Shown here one piece after another: positions 35,445-47,589 of a stretch of 64,000 nucleotides of DNA. The DNA lies in contig NC_135661.1 in the NCBI RefSeq assembly GCF_964188315.1, positions 27,404,001-27,468,000 on the forward strand, given 5' to 3'. The DNA comes from Podarcis muralis (Eukaryota). How positions within the stretch are numbered: the first letter of the stretch is position 1; each line of letters starts with the position of its first letter. The notes beneath the pieces are model-generated. The model ran no database searches, had not been told where the DNA came from, and saw nothing but the letters and a program-made list of their open reading frames with translations. The position numbers were made by a program, and so were the translations under genes.

Positions 35445-36347
35445 AGGTTGCTGGTGACCCAACTCCAAAGTGTGCTCACTTTGATCCCTGCGTGATCATC
35501 ATTTGTAAAAATGGGCAGAGAAGAGGATGCAAAGCAGGAGATGAATTTCTCTCCCCCCCCTCTCCACCCACCTGCTGCCCCTCCGCGAGGCCCTCCAAGT
35601 TTCTGTGGCTTATTTAAAAATAATACAATAATGCTGAGGTGTTTTCCCTTTAATGAGACCACCTTGGGGGATGTGAACGGGAAAAGCAAAAGAAATCAGA
35701 AATTCAAGCTAAGGTTGGACAAGCTTTGAAATCTACTCCCTGCTGAATTGCACCAGTGAAGAGAGAGAAATATATATTTAAATAAAATCTATTTCCTCCA
35801 CCACCACCATCACCCCCTTCAAAACCCCCCCTGGATTAGGTTTAGTTTTCTCCATATGCAATTCCCCAATTCCCCTAATAAGAAGCTAAATCAATCTTTA
35901 GAGAGAACAAATCACATAAAAACCTCTGCTCTAAAAAGTTTATATATGCAGATGTGGGTAAATTATGATCCTGGACCCGGTGCGTTCCATAATGCATCTC
36001 GTAACACTCTCTGCATTGGCAGAATAGTGGGGCGTGGGGGGAGGTAAGTGACTATGGACTTCTGTCGTGATGTCCCTATATTGAGTGCAGAACTTTGGGA
36101 ACCCTAAAGGTGGAGCTCCAGCTACTGGAGCACAGTCTTAGCATTTGGGTACAGCACACCTGGGCTGTAGGTAAGGAGGCCACACTCTGAGGGATTTACG
36201 GTATCTTCTCGCTGGTGATCCCTTCCAGAGGGAAGGACCTCTGTATGTCACCCTCCCAGGCTGTCTCTTCCCACCCATTGCCTTCTCCTGAATTGGAGTC
36301 AGGCTTCCGACTCTCACCTTCTTCCCCTTCCTGGTCTTTAAAAAGGC

Positions 36348-36544
36348 AGCGGTGGTGTAGTGGTTAGAGTCATCAAATCAGAAGACCAGGGTTCAGAGCC
36401 CAACACAGCCATGAAATGCACTGGATGAGTCACTGTATCACAGCCTAACCTACCTCACAGGGTTGTTATGAGGATAAAATGGAGAGAGGGAGAACCACAA
36501 ACACCACCCTGAGATCCTCAGAGGGAAGAAAGTGGGATATAAAC
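36348..36544 (+). mobile_element. Old MIR/Squam3A-like SINE
   Basis: GGTGTAGTGGTTAGAG head and CAGCCTAACCTACCTCACAGGGTTGTTATGAGGATAAAATGG core. Confidence 0.75.
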
Positions 36545-36579
36545 ATAATGATTGATTAAACAAGATGGTGATGATTGTA

Positions 36580-36960
36580 TTCATTTATACCCCGCCTTGT
36601 TCCCAGGCTGGGACTCAAAGGTGGCTTACAGATAAACAAACAAAAATAAGATAAAATAGAAAAAAAGGTAGAAACATAGAAAATACAGTCATTGAAAAGT
36701 AAATGAACACTAATGGAATTAAAACAATAGATAAAAAGATCTATTAGAAAGACATGCAGTGACAACAATAAAAAACACCATAGCGCCAGCCCTTTCCTTT
36801 ATAACAGTCAGTTCCCATAGGTCTGTTGAAACAAGAAAACCTTCGCCTGCCGGTGGAAGGACAGCAAGGAGGGAGCCAGTCTGGCTTCTCTAGGGAGAGA
36901 GTTCCAGAGTCTAGGAGCAGCCACCAAGAAGGCCCTCTTCTGCGTCTCCACCAAGAGTGC
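36580..36960 (-). mobile_element. Older L2 subfamily 3' end
   Basis: ATTTATACCCCGCC tail start and TTCCAGAGTCTAGGAGCAGCCACCAAGAAGGCCCTC. Confidence 0.65.
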
Positions 36961-37084
36961 TTTTGAATGGGGCAGGACCATTGTCCATGCCGGCTAGGGG
37001 GAGCTGGAGTCCGACAGCAACGTATTAGGGATCACCATGTCAGCGGTCTTCCTGACCTGTAATAATCAGACATAGGGGTGCTCC

Positions 37085-37275
37085 AGAAGGTTAGGGAGCA
37101 AGGTTCAAGGTTCGATCCCCAACATCTGCAGCTACAAGCGAAGCATTTGATAGCAAGTGATGTGGAAAGCCCCATCTCTCTTCCTGAGACCCTGGAGAGC
37201 CCCTGTCAGTCAAGGAGAGCATCCCAAGCTCGATGGACCAGTGGTTTGGCTCATTCGACTCAGATCCCTATAGTA
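37085..37275 (+). mobile_element. Decayed tRNA-Ala-derived SINE (Squam2-like)
   Basis: GGTTCGATCCCCAACATCT B-box; CCTGAGACCCTGGAGAGCC…GATGGACCAGTGG. Confidence 0.55.
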
Positions 37276-38440
37276 TCCATCAGTGCTGGAAACAAGCTGG
37301 CAGACAGTGGTGGCTGGCTCTCCTCTCTCCATAAGAAGTCCCTGGAATGCTGGCATGCACCTATTTTGTGCAGTGACATGCTTTGCATAATGATGGGGGG
37401 GATAGGCTTCTTTCTCCTGACCCAGCTGAGCAGTCTTGGAGTCCCTCTCCAAGCAGTGTCTTATCAGCACATGACCCCCCCCCCCGCCCTCAACAGGCAA
37501 TTTCTTCCTCCCCCCGCACCCAATCTTCCTCTCTCCTCCTGACATCCAACTTTTCATGCCTAACTCCCTTCTCTCCAAAAGGAGGCTAAGAGATAGAAGA
37601 ATTAACCTGATAGCAAAAAGAGGGAGGGGAGGTTCGGGTTAACCATGCAGGACTGAAATCCCGACTCAAGACGGACTTCCCAATAAATACAGTCGCAGCA
37701 ACTTCTGAGCGAAAGAAGCTGGTTGGAAACAGGGTTTAAGCAACCGCCACAACCACGAGACAGTGAAATCTACTTTGCAAAGATCTGTCAGCATCTGGGG
37801 AGTGGGGGGGGGGGTGAAGGGGAAGGAACTGCCTCCACAATCAATCCAAAGAGAACAGCCAGGCACTGACATGAGCAGCAAAGGGAAGGAGCATCACACA
37901 GGGGAGGGAAGAGACATCAAGGACCTGCCCCCCACCCGGTTGCACTGGCCAATTTAGGCGCCACCGTCTTTTCAGCAGGGAAAACAAAATCAGGATGGAA
38001 AATGGCAAGGAGGGAGTAGGATTAAGAGGGAGGACAGGGCAGCCTCCCAGCAATGCAGGGCAGCCCATCGCAAGCCCAATCAAGACATCCAAAGATGACA
38101 GGTTCTTTTGTGGGCGTAACTGTGTGGGGGGTGGGGAGTGGGGAATGTTCCCACCCTCCCACCACCCTTACAAAGTGATGCATCCCGCACACAGGCAGCT
38201 CATAGGGTCGTGTCCAAGTGGGGGCCATGAGAGACATTTATAAAATGATGCCTGACCTGCAGAGGCTGGGCGGGCATGCATTTTGTTGCTGTCTTTCAGC
38301 ACTCTGGAACTGAAAGACCCAATGAAACAGATTGACAGGTGCTGACGAAAAGAGCAACCAGGAAGGCCTTGTCTTTTTCTTTTTGCATTTTGACCACCTG
38401 AGTCAAGGGCTGACCCTTTGAGGCTCAATAGGAACTCACT

Positions 38441-38691
38441 GAGAGCCAGCGTGGTGTAGTGGTTAAGAGCGGTAGTCTCGTAATCTGGGGAACCGGGTTC
38501 GCGTCTCCGCTCCTCCACCTGCAGCTGCTGTGTGACCTTGGGCTAGTCACATTTCTCTGAAGTCTCTCAGCCCCACTCACCTCACAGAGTGTTTGTTGTG
38601 GGGGAGGAAGGGAAAGGAGAATGTTAGCCGCTTTGAGACTCCTTAAAGGGAGTAAAAGGCGGGATATCAAATCCAAACTCTTCTTCTTCTT
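38441..38691 (+). mobile_element. Full-length Squam3-type SINE
   Basis: GAGAGCCAGCGTGGTGTAGTGGTTAAGAGCGG…(CTT)n. Confidence 0.92.
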
Positions 38692-38699
38692 CACTTCAG

Positions 38700-38822
38700 G
38701 TCTCTGGCAGTTCCTGACACCCACCCTTTTCTGGTTGGCCACTGCGAGAACAGAGTGGGCCCCTGCGGGCCTGATCCAGCAGCCAGACTCTCCTTAGGTT
38801 GTCTTCTTATGTTCTAATGGCT
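38700..38822 (+). mobile_element. Old CR1 3' UTR fragment
   Basis: CTGGTTGGCCACTGCGAGAACAG…GGCCTGATCCAGCAG…TTCTTATGTTCT. Confidence 0.6.
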
Positions 38823-38899
38823 AAAGACTTAAATGTGCGGAACAAGGACTTCATGGCCATAAAGACTAGAAACTTATTTTTAGGAGAGAGCAGAGCAGA

Positions 38900-39041
38900 A
38901 GAGAATAGAAGAGTTGGAAGGGGACATGAGGACCATCTATTCCAACCCCTTGTAATGCAGGAATATGTAGCTGTCCCATATGGGGATCAAACTTACAACC
39001 TTGGCATTATCAGCACCACGCTCTAAGCAACCTAGCTATCC
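38900..39041 (-). mobile_element. tRNA-Ile-derived SINE with CR1-type tail
   Basis: Reverse complement of the 10862/14667 family (GGATAGCTAGGTTGCTTAGAGCGTGGTGCTGATAATGCCAAGG). Confidence 0.8.
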
Positions 39042-39075
39042 AGAGAGAGGAGGAGAGAGAGGGAGAGGGAGAGAA

Positions 39076-39132
<57 letters not shown>
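39076..39132. repeat. (GAAA)n microsatellite
   Basis: Direct reading. Confidence 0.95.
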
Positions 39133-39134
<2 letters not shown>

Positions 39135-41432
39135 GAAGGTGAGGAAGCTGGATCTCTTGACAAATTCAAGGTCTTCTATGCTCTGGGGAAATTGCAGTAT
39201 AAATACATCCCCATTTATCCCTCCGATTGTTCCAGGAGTTTTCCTTGGGGAATAACAACATCCTGTACAATAGCAGGAAACTTCCAGGGAGGAAGGGGAG
39301 CCAGGCCCTAACCTGAGCCATGAGATGCAGGTCCCTTAAATTAAAAGGCTGTCACCAGGTTTAATCAGGAGCTGCTCATAACCTTGGTCCTGGACCTTAT
39401 TGGCTCTGTTATGGATGAGGCTTGGAGAAGATGGACCTGCTGCGTTTTAAAACATGTAATGGCGTGTCGGCTGCATGGGGTACACATTTCTTAGATGTAT
39501 AACAGGGTTTCTGTCGCCTGCAACAAAATGCAACTGCTTTAAAATATGAGCAGTCAGGCTTCAAATACAGCAGTATTGAATTTTGCAAGTGTAATGTAGG
39601 AACTGGTGGGCCTCCGAGCCCCCTAAGGCATGGACGGGTAATTTAGTCCCTCCTGTTTCCATGATGCTTACCAAGGCACCCCGGTGTTTTCTGGCAGGGA
39701 GGGGAGACACATACACATTTCAAATGCAGCTTATTTGTAAGGTCTGATAGCCCCCTCTCTACCCCACTCCCAGCCTTCTCTTAATGCGACAGCCTTCCAG
39801 AATTGAGTCTTAAGAAGCCAACAGATTGATGTGCGTCCTGGCTTCCTCTTTCAATGGAAGTCAAACCCTTCAAAGGCAGAAACTCCAAAATATAATAAAA
39901 TACCTGCCTAACAGGTTACTAAAGTGGTGTTTACTGCAGGTACTCTGCCACTACTTCGCACAACACCAACTAAATGATTTGGAAGAAACACAGGTGCTTG
40001 GGGAGACAGCTGTGATCAGGGCAAGCCATGCCAATCCTGCTTCAGCCACCCACTACGTCTGGGCAAAATCTGGTTTTCAGCAATGTGATATATCATCAAC
40101 AAAACACTGAGATGTCTGAAATAAAGATGAAGCTATGTAGAGACATTGGCTTCATGGTTTTTCCCACATTGCGATGCTTGCACAACACACACACACACAC
40201 GCACATCATGAGCCACTATATAGTGCCAGGTCAAAAATTATGACACTGATATCATGATATGGACTTCAAACTATTTTGGACAATATATTGTCCAGCTCAA
40301 CCACCCACTACAGATGGGTTGCCATTTCACCATGGCCCTCTCAGAGCTTTTTAGAAGGCATCAGCATGCCCCAATGACTATGACTGTCATGTCCTGACAG
40401 TCACAGAGTGACATAGCCTCATTCTTCAGTTTGATCAGGAATGATGGAAGCTGCAGTTCATAAAAACCTAGAGGGCCACAGTTTCCCCATGACTTATTTA
40501 ATGCATTTCCACCCTGCCTTTCCTTGAAAAAGCCCAACTATCAGCCATGGGGAGCACAATGCAGTTGGGAGTTGGGGGTTGTCCAGCAGCATGCAAAACG
40601 ACCCGTCAATTCGTGCTGTTTATAAAACCCAGGCTGAATGGGTTCATGCCATCTGCACGATGCTTGAGGACCCTCTTTTACTGCCTCCGTTGCACCTGTT
40701 TCTAAAAGGGCAAGGGAATGATGCGCTCAAAATCATCAAAATGCCAAACAGGTTGCTGGTGTGCAAAAGACATTACACTCAGGAGCAGGTCCCCCCCCCA
40801 TCTGTGTTTGCGAAGGAATCCCTCCGGGGGAACATGTACGGCTAACTGGTCCAGAAAGGAGAGACTAGCGTAGGGAGGGGACCAGAGGCCTTTGATCTGC
40901 GGCTTTCACACTCTGCTCTGGCCAAATCTGGAAAAAAAAGTATTTTAAAACAGAACAGAACCCTAAGAACGCTGAGACGCAGAACCTCCTGTTTTATAAA
41001 CGTGTCATTGGTCTTTGGCGGACCCGAAATCCAGAGCCTCTGAGCCATGCAGAGCTTCCCTATCATGCAGCAGATGGCCATCCCTTCAGGACTCAGAGGC
41101 TAAAACCACAGACACATCCCCAAATCCATTTAAACACCAGATTACCCTCATTCCTGTCAGCTAAAGGAGCTGGGAGACATCAGCAGTTCCAGCCCGCTCC
41201 ATTAATCAAAATTCAGTGAGAACAGCCAATGTGCTGCTATAAAGCCCCCCTGACTCCCAGCCAACGCCAGGCCGAAGCAAGCAGGCTCCATCAATCTTTA
41301 TTTTTCAGGGGCCTGGCACTCAGGCCGAGGGGGAGGCGGGGAGGCCTGGTCCTCACAGACCTGCCTCGGCTCCCAGGCACCCCCTTCCTCCTCATCACCT
41401 TCTCTTCTTCCCTCCCTTGGCGCTTCCAACAG

Positions 41433-41554
41433 CCAACTAGGATGGAAGCTCCCAGCAGGCAAGAGGTCTCTGCCAGGGCCATTCTGCACCATCTGGACTT
41501 TTTACTGAGTCTGCCCTGGGCTGGAAGCTGCACATCGCTAGTCCTGACCTTCTG
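41433..41554 (+). other. Candidate 122-nt exon of unknown transcript
   Basis: Acceptor CTTCTCTTCTTCCCTCCCTTGGCGCTTCCAACAG, donor TG|GTGAGT; open in phase 0 but the peptide is not recognised. Confidence 0.2.
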
Positions 41555-41926
41555 GTGAGTGTGCAGCCGAGGGCTTTCCTGACATAGAAACACACTATAG
41601 GAACGTAAGAACAGCCTGCTGGATCAGACCAATGTCCCATCCAGCCCAGCTTCCTGTTCTTACAGTTGCCAACCAGATGCTTGTGGGACAAAAGCTTCCC
41701 GTTCCCCTCCTGTGGCTTCCAGCGATTGGAATTCAGAAGCATTGCTGCCTCTGACTTAAATAGACCTCTCCTTCATGAATTTTCAGACCCTCCAAGTGTC
41801 CCTATTTTTCAGGGACAGTCCTGGATTGACAGAAGCTGTTCCAAGTTTCTGATTTGATCCTGGAATGTCCCGCTTTCCCAAATTTCATCGGAGAAATGCT
41901 GGAGGGTATGGAGTTATGCAACCCGC

Positions 41927-42572
41927 TGTTAGCAATTTCACTCCTCTGATGCTGCATTTGTGATTGGCTAGATGCCAGTCCGAGAAGAGTGCGGGAAACG
42001 GAAGACTGTCTTATCTCTTCTGCTGTATGTACTTTGTAATGTACAGTGGTACCTCGGGTTACAGACGCTTCAGGTTACAGACGCTTCAGGTTACAGACTC
42101 CGCTAACCCAGAAATAGTACCTCGGGTTAAGAACGTTGCTTCAGGATGAGAACAGAAATCGTGTGGCGGCAGAGCAGCGGCAGCGGGAGGCCCCATAAGC
42201 TAAAGTGGTACCTCAGGTTAAGAACCGTTTCAGGTTAAGAACGGACCTCCAGAATGAATTAAGTTCTTAACCCGAGGTACCACTGTACTTTCGCTTTTAC
42301 TTGTGCCTGTTGTTTCTCTCGGAGCTGGAGAGAACGGACGCCATTATGCTTTTGTCTGTACGTACTGTGTAAATAAATAGTAGATTAGCTATACGATGTC
42401 TCACGCTTCTTGCTGTGTTCTGCCAGAAGCTTAGTGTGCTTATATCATTATGATGTATGTCACTAGAAGCACACTGGAAGAGAAGGGAGCTGCCATTTCT
42501 AGAGCTGTGCATACCAGAGGACGCTCATAGTTCTGGGGGCTTGCAGGCACCCCCCCAGGGCGTTTTCCAACA
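41927..42572 (+). mobile_element. Putative solo LTR (about 402 bp without the nested MITE)
   Basis: TGTT…AACA termini, 5-bp TSD CCCGC/CCCCC splitting the host's GCGACCCCCAAGCC motif, AATAAA at 42372. Confidence 0.7.
42044..42285 (+). mobile_element. Tc1/mariner MITE inside the solo LTR
   Basis: TIRs CAGTGGTACCTCGGGTTA/TAACCCGAGGTACCACTG with TA duplication. Confidence 0.93.
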
Positions 42573-42756
42573 CCCCCAAGCCAAGGAGATAAGTAACTAT
42601 ACAACCTTTAGAAGACATATGAAGGCTGTCCTGTATAGGGGAATTTTTAAATGGTTACTTTTTAAAATGTTTTTATAGATGTTGGAAGCTGCCCAGAGTG
42701 GCTGGGGCAACCCAGTCAGATGGTCGGGGTATAAAGAATAAAATTATTGTTATGGA

Positions 42757-43115
42757 CTAAAGGTAAAGGTAAATGGACCCCTGACCATTAGGTCCAGTCG
42801 TGACCGACTCTGGGGTTGCAGCGCTCATCTCACTTTATTGGCTGAGGGAGCCGGCGTACAGCTTCTGGGTCATGTGGCCAGCATGACTAAGCCGCTTCTG
42901 GCAAACCAGAGCAGCACATGGAAACACCGTTTACCTTCCCGCCAGAGCGGTACCTATTTATCTACTGGCACTTCGACATGCTTTTGAACTGCTAGGTTGG
43001 CAGGAGCAGGGCCCGAGCAACAGGAGCTCACCCCGTCGTGGGGATTCAAGCCACCAACCTTCTGATTGGCAAGTCCTAGGCTCTGTGGTTTAACCCACAG
43101 TGCCACCCGCGTCCC
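42757..43115 (-). mobile_element. Full-length Sauria SINE with 11-bp TSD
   Basis: TSD ATTGTTATGGA at 42746-56 and 43118-28; tail (ACCTTT)n. Confidence 0.93.
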
Positions 43116-44073
43116 TCATTGTTATGGAATAGAACATCCCTATTTTCATCAGAAAAATGTTGGAGGGTATGGAATCTGACCAATCCTCTTTGAAGGTCAT
43201 CGCTTTCAAACCTCAGGGGAGATGTTGAAGTTTGGGGATGCACCAAACTCAAGCACAGAAATGTAGCACATCAAGGACTTTTCTCCCTGCGGGGCTACCT
43301 TCATTCCTGCATGGAGGAAGGGCCTGAGGTGGAGACATCGACAAGGCCAGAAGGGGGCACTGTGCCATGAAAGGAGAGGCCAATTTAATTATAAGGGCAG
43401 TTGAAAGAAGGCCTGCAAAAGACAAAAACCTTCCTTTCCCACAAGCCTGACTTGCTCCCTCACCTCCAGAGCAGCCCCTTCCCACCGCTCCCGAAAGCAC
43501 GAGAGCAACACCCAAGTTGGTTTTCATCTATCAAACACTTAAACTTTTACGACGGTAATTCTTTTAATAAGAGTTCTTTAAATATTTACGACTCAGAGGC
43601 ATGCAGGCTGCACAGCGAGAAATGATAGCTTTAATCTCGGCAAGGCTCCCTCCACTTACTGACATGCCCTCCAGAAGCTGGAGCTGAAGAGCAGAGCTGC
43701 CATTTATTCCCCAAGTGGGAGAGGGGAGCAGTGGAGACTCCGGGACTTGGGAATTCACCTAGTGGTCCACCTGCAACTCTGGGCACTCCAACCCCTGGGG
43801 TTCAGGGCAGGAGCAGCATTCATCCCTGTGGCTGTAGGCATTGTAAGCTCTCTGAGCAGGGCATGACTGGTATATCAATAGCTCATGGGGACCCGCACCT
43901 TCTGCCTTCATCTGAGTCGACAGCGCAGACCTTTCTCGCCTGCCGTACTTCAAGCTCCAGCTTCTGCGATTCAAGTTCTCAGTGATAGTGGGTGACTTCA
44001 GAGAAAGTGGGCTAGAGAAACTCAGCCTCTGTGGGCCCTAGCTCGCCTCTCGCCTGGAAAGGTTGCCTTAAAG

Positions 44074-44208
44074 CAGGCTTCCTCAACCTCAGCCCTCCAG
44101 ATGTTTTGAGACTACAATTCCCATCCTCCCTGACCACTGGTCCTGCTACCTAAGGATCATGGGAGTTGCAGGCAAAAGCATCTGGAGGGCCGAGGTTGAG
44201 GAAGCCTT
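44074..44208. mobile_element. 135-bp palindromic hAT MITE
   Basis: TIR CAGGCTTCCTCAACCT; exact TSD CCTTAAAG at 44066-73 and 44209-16. Confidence 0.9.
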
Positions 44209-44256
44209 CCTTAAAGGTTTGAGATGCACATTTCTATGGCAGCTCCACTTGGGGAA

Positions 44257-44325
44257 GGGCCATAGCTCAGTGGGAGGGCATCTGCCTTATATGCAAAAGG
44301 TCCCAAGTTCAATACTCAGTCGCAT
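44257..44325 (+). mobile_element. tRNA-Ala-like SINE head fragment
   Basis: GGGCCATAGCTCAGTGGGAGGGCATCTGCCTTATATGCAAAAGGTCCCAAGTTCAAT. Confidence 0.65.
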
Positions 44326-44336
44326 CGATCTAGTCC

Positions 44337-44395
44337 AGTGGTTCTCAACCTGTGGGTCCCCAGATGTTGTTGGACTACAACTCCCACCATCCCTA
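44337..44395. mobile_element. Half of a palindromic hAT MITE
   Basis: CAGTGGTTCTCAACCTGTGGGTCCCCAGATGTTGTTGGACTACAACTCCCACCATCCCT. Confidence 0.7.
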
Positions 44396-45739
44396 AGTTA
44401 ATGGGCATCACTAACTTAGGATCTCTTGTCGAATGGGCTGGAAATGCTCTTTAAGACCTCTGGAGTTCATTAAAAAGCTTTGAGATGCACATTTTGCCAA
44501 GATGGGTCAACGGCACTTCCATTCAAAGGCAGGGTGCTAAGGAAGATCAGCAATTGGAGGGTCACCAGTGAAGATGGTGGTGATGATTGGGTGCCTGGAG
44601 ACATCACACCCTGCTGGTAGCCCATCTAAAAGTGCCTGGCACATCACCGCAGGAAGGATGGGCTTGATCAGCCTTCCCACACCTGCTGCCCTTCAGATGT
44701 TGCTCAACACTGACATCCCAAATCACCGGTTCAATTGTTTATCATCTTTGATGCCTTCATAATTCAGTCACTCCTAAAACACATTGACATCCCAAGGCTG
44801 CAATGCAATGGCTGTGCCTTAAAGCATATACTGTGATTGGACTTCAGCTAATAATAATAATAAAATTAGGAAGAAGAGGCACTTGCTACCTGCCTAGAAC
44901 AACAGCAATAAGGTGAGCTACATGCAAAAAGTGTTCAACACCACAACATGGAAAGTAAGGCTTTCTCTAATTGCCATGTTCTCCAATTGCAATATTCGCT
45001 TCAAAAAAAGCACATGAGATACACGGGAGGGGGAAACACTCAACAAGTGTCAAGGAAGCGACTGGGTTGCTGGCTCTCTTTAGCAACCTCCCCTCCTTCT
45101 GTATACTCCTCAGTCTAACTGGTGTCCATAGCCCTTTATTCTCATTGGCTGTGGGAACTCATGTGATTCTGATTTGTGTCAGATCAAGTCAGCTGGGCCA
45201 CCTCAGCCAATCGGATCCAGTAGCACTGTGGCCAAATGTGGGCAAAAGCAAAACAAAACAGGAAGTGAAGCCCCATCTAGACAACACAAGAATTGCTAAA
45301 ACAACAACAGCAACACCCAAACTGAGAGAAAGATAATACAAAACCAGAAAAGAAACAAGGAATTCTCTGCAGTCTCAACTGCTTTGTGGCACCCAGAAGG
45401 TTTGAGTCTTTGCACTTGCAAGCCCCTTAGCCCAGAGATGGAAGGAAGGGCAGAGAGGTGAGGCATTTCCAATTGTGAGTCTCCTCCCCAGTCCAAGTGC
45501 AGACATGGGCAAAGCAAGTCGTATCAAGCCTTCTGTGAACTCAAAGCGGGAGCATGTGGAGTTCTACATATCATGTCAGCATCAGATCTCCTGGCAGGAC
45601 TGAGAGCAACCCACAGTTTGCACGCAGGCAAAAGCCACAGCATATTTCTTCATTAAAATGACCTGGATCTGATTTCATATGTGGGGAAGAAGCTGCCTAT
45701 AGCGAGAACCCAGTGGATGCACCAGGTCCATTTGTATTC

Positions 45740-45935
45740 AAGGTGACGCGCCGCATCTGTCAACACGTTTGCTGCTTATATCTACCACCTCTTATTTATA
45801 ATCTAGCTCCGATTAATGAATGACAGTGGTTCTCATTGCAGGAAATTTGATTAATCAATTTAAGTGCTTAATCACAACAGCCTTGGTGAGAGAACACTGG
45901 CGATGAAGGTACCTCTCACTTTGATGTGCGACAAT
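45740..45935. promoter_or_regulatory. Putative conserved enhancer-like block
   Basis: Palindromic TGATTAATCA at 45848-57 (PBX-HOX-like), GATTAATGAATGACAG (homeodomain plus MEIS), and CpG-rich GTGACGCGCCGC. Confidence 0.4.
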
Positions 45936-46070
45936 TGGGGAGGGGGGAATGGAGGGAGGGAGGGGGAGAGATTAAAGCGGCTCCTATAGAAGGAGTTGAA
46001 TCAGAGGAACAAATGAGAAACTATTACAATGTATGCCCTAATCCAAGTAAAAGGCTGCCATTTTTTATGT

Positions 46071-46241
46071 TAAGAACATCATAAGAGCCTGCTGGTTCAG
46101 GAGCATCAAGTCCAGCATCCTGTTCTCAAACTAGCTAAACTGATGCCGCAAATGTAACCCACAACCAGAACCTGAGTGCAACAGCAACTCTTCCCACTTG
46201 TGATTCCCAGCACTGGGAATTCAGCATTTGCTGCCTCTGAC
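46071..46241 (-). mobile_element. Old CR1 3' UTR fragment
   Basis: TAAGAACATCATAAGAGCCTGCTGG…AGTCCAGCATCCTGTTCTCA…GCTGCCTCTGA. Confidence 0.7.
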
Positions 46242-47589
46242 TATTCCAGTGGCGTGCGCGCGCGCACACACACACACACGGAAGTAGGGGGCATGGAGGG
46301 AGACAGCACCCAGCAAAACATCACCACAGGCAAGGCTTTTTTTCAGCTGAAACTCACAGAAAGTCAGTTCTGGCACCTCTCAGGTGGGCACAGTTGCCAT
46401 TGTAAGTCAACAAGGGAGGTGTTTGTGATGATTTCTGGCACATTTTTTTTCTAGAAAAATAGCACCGACCACAGGTATATCACGCCAAAGCAGCCAATAA
46501 CCCAATTAAACAGGTCTCTCCCTCCACAAAATGGCGGCCAGGACGGTCTTCCTGTTATATACGGTACCTGCTGGTATTGGGATGGACAAGGCATTTGATC
46601 CTCACCTGAGCCTACTCCCATTGAGGAATCACACACCTCCTCCCAGAGCTAACGAGCCCCACTTAGGCTGTCTTTCCTTGCCTGCCTTCCCTCAGAGCTT
46701 GCAAGTTCTCACCCAAATCTTATGAGATCTTTTGCTCTCCTTGACATCTTGCAAGACTTTGATGAGATCTTGCAAGAAATCAGCAGGATATCAGCACCTA
46801 TACTGGGTGGGCTGGCCTTGCACACTGGTATCTGTTTTCCTGTAAGCACACACCTTTATTTATTAAAAAAAATTACAAGTTACTCAATCTACCAGATTTG
46901 CACAAAACAGCAGCTCTGGTTGTGTTTGTTTGTGTGTGTTGCTCCAAGCCAGGAAACCTGAGATCCATGGGTATTTGTTTACATGTGCACATAGACCTTT
47001 TGTGATCTACTACGCTTGCACAAAAGAGCAGTCCAGAAATAAAAATAAGTGATACCTCACTCCAAACTAGGTACAGATTTGGAGCTGTTCACATGAAAAA
47101 TGCCTGTAGCTTCATTTCCTCCTGCATTCCTCCCCATCTCTTGTACCCATGAGCATAGCCAAGTAGGGGCAGAGCCACAAATATTATTGAGAAGCATGGA
47201 AAGCACTCAATTATCTGAGTTTCTTGGGCCCCCCAGAAGCCCCCCCCCCCGCAATGTCCTATTTACAGAGTATTTCTAGCTGTGATCTCCCAAGAAAAGC
47301 TCAATGTGATTTCCAACCCCCCCAAACAAACAAACAAAAAACCTTTGGCTCTCCACACAAAAACTCTGACCATGCCCATAAGAGAAAGGCTCATAGGTTC
47401 AAAGTAAAATCTCACCCAGTCTAGCAGCAACCAGCCAGATGTTCCTGAGGACGCCTGAGCATCCTCATGGACCCCTGCAAATCCTCAGATATCTCAACAC
47501 TCTTTGCCCAGGGTTTCAGAAGTTGCTAAAACAGTAAGTCCAAAGTGTGCATAGCCGGGAGCCGGGTTGAAGCAGCAAAAATGGCAGCA

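Larger units (their letters stand above)
41784..43171 (+). mobile_element. Composite TIR element with captured L2 3' end, copy B (interrupted)
   Basis: CAGACCCTCCAA…CTGGAGGGTATG (41899-41910)…CCCCCAAGCCAAGGAGATAAGTAACTATAC + L2 tail…ACATCCCTATTTTCATCAGAAAAATGTTGGAGGGTATG. Confidence 0.8.
41599..43200 (-). mobile_element. Old CR1 3' end hosting a nested TE stack (CR1 sequence at 41599-41783 and 43172-43200)
   Basis: AAGAACAGCCTGCTGGATCAG…CCTTCATGAATTTT | insert | GAATCTGACCAATCCTCTTTGAAGGTCATC. Confidence 0.7.

Noticed and set aside
36023-36043. 21-nt microexon before the GAG|GTAAGT donor
   Set aside because: Acceptor pyrimidine tract is weak; indistinguishable from chance
37795-38165. G-quadruplex/hairpin-prone G- and C-runs
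   Set aside because: Poly-G/C runs are scattered throughout the window; nothing specific here
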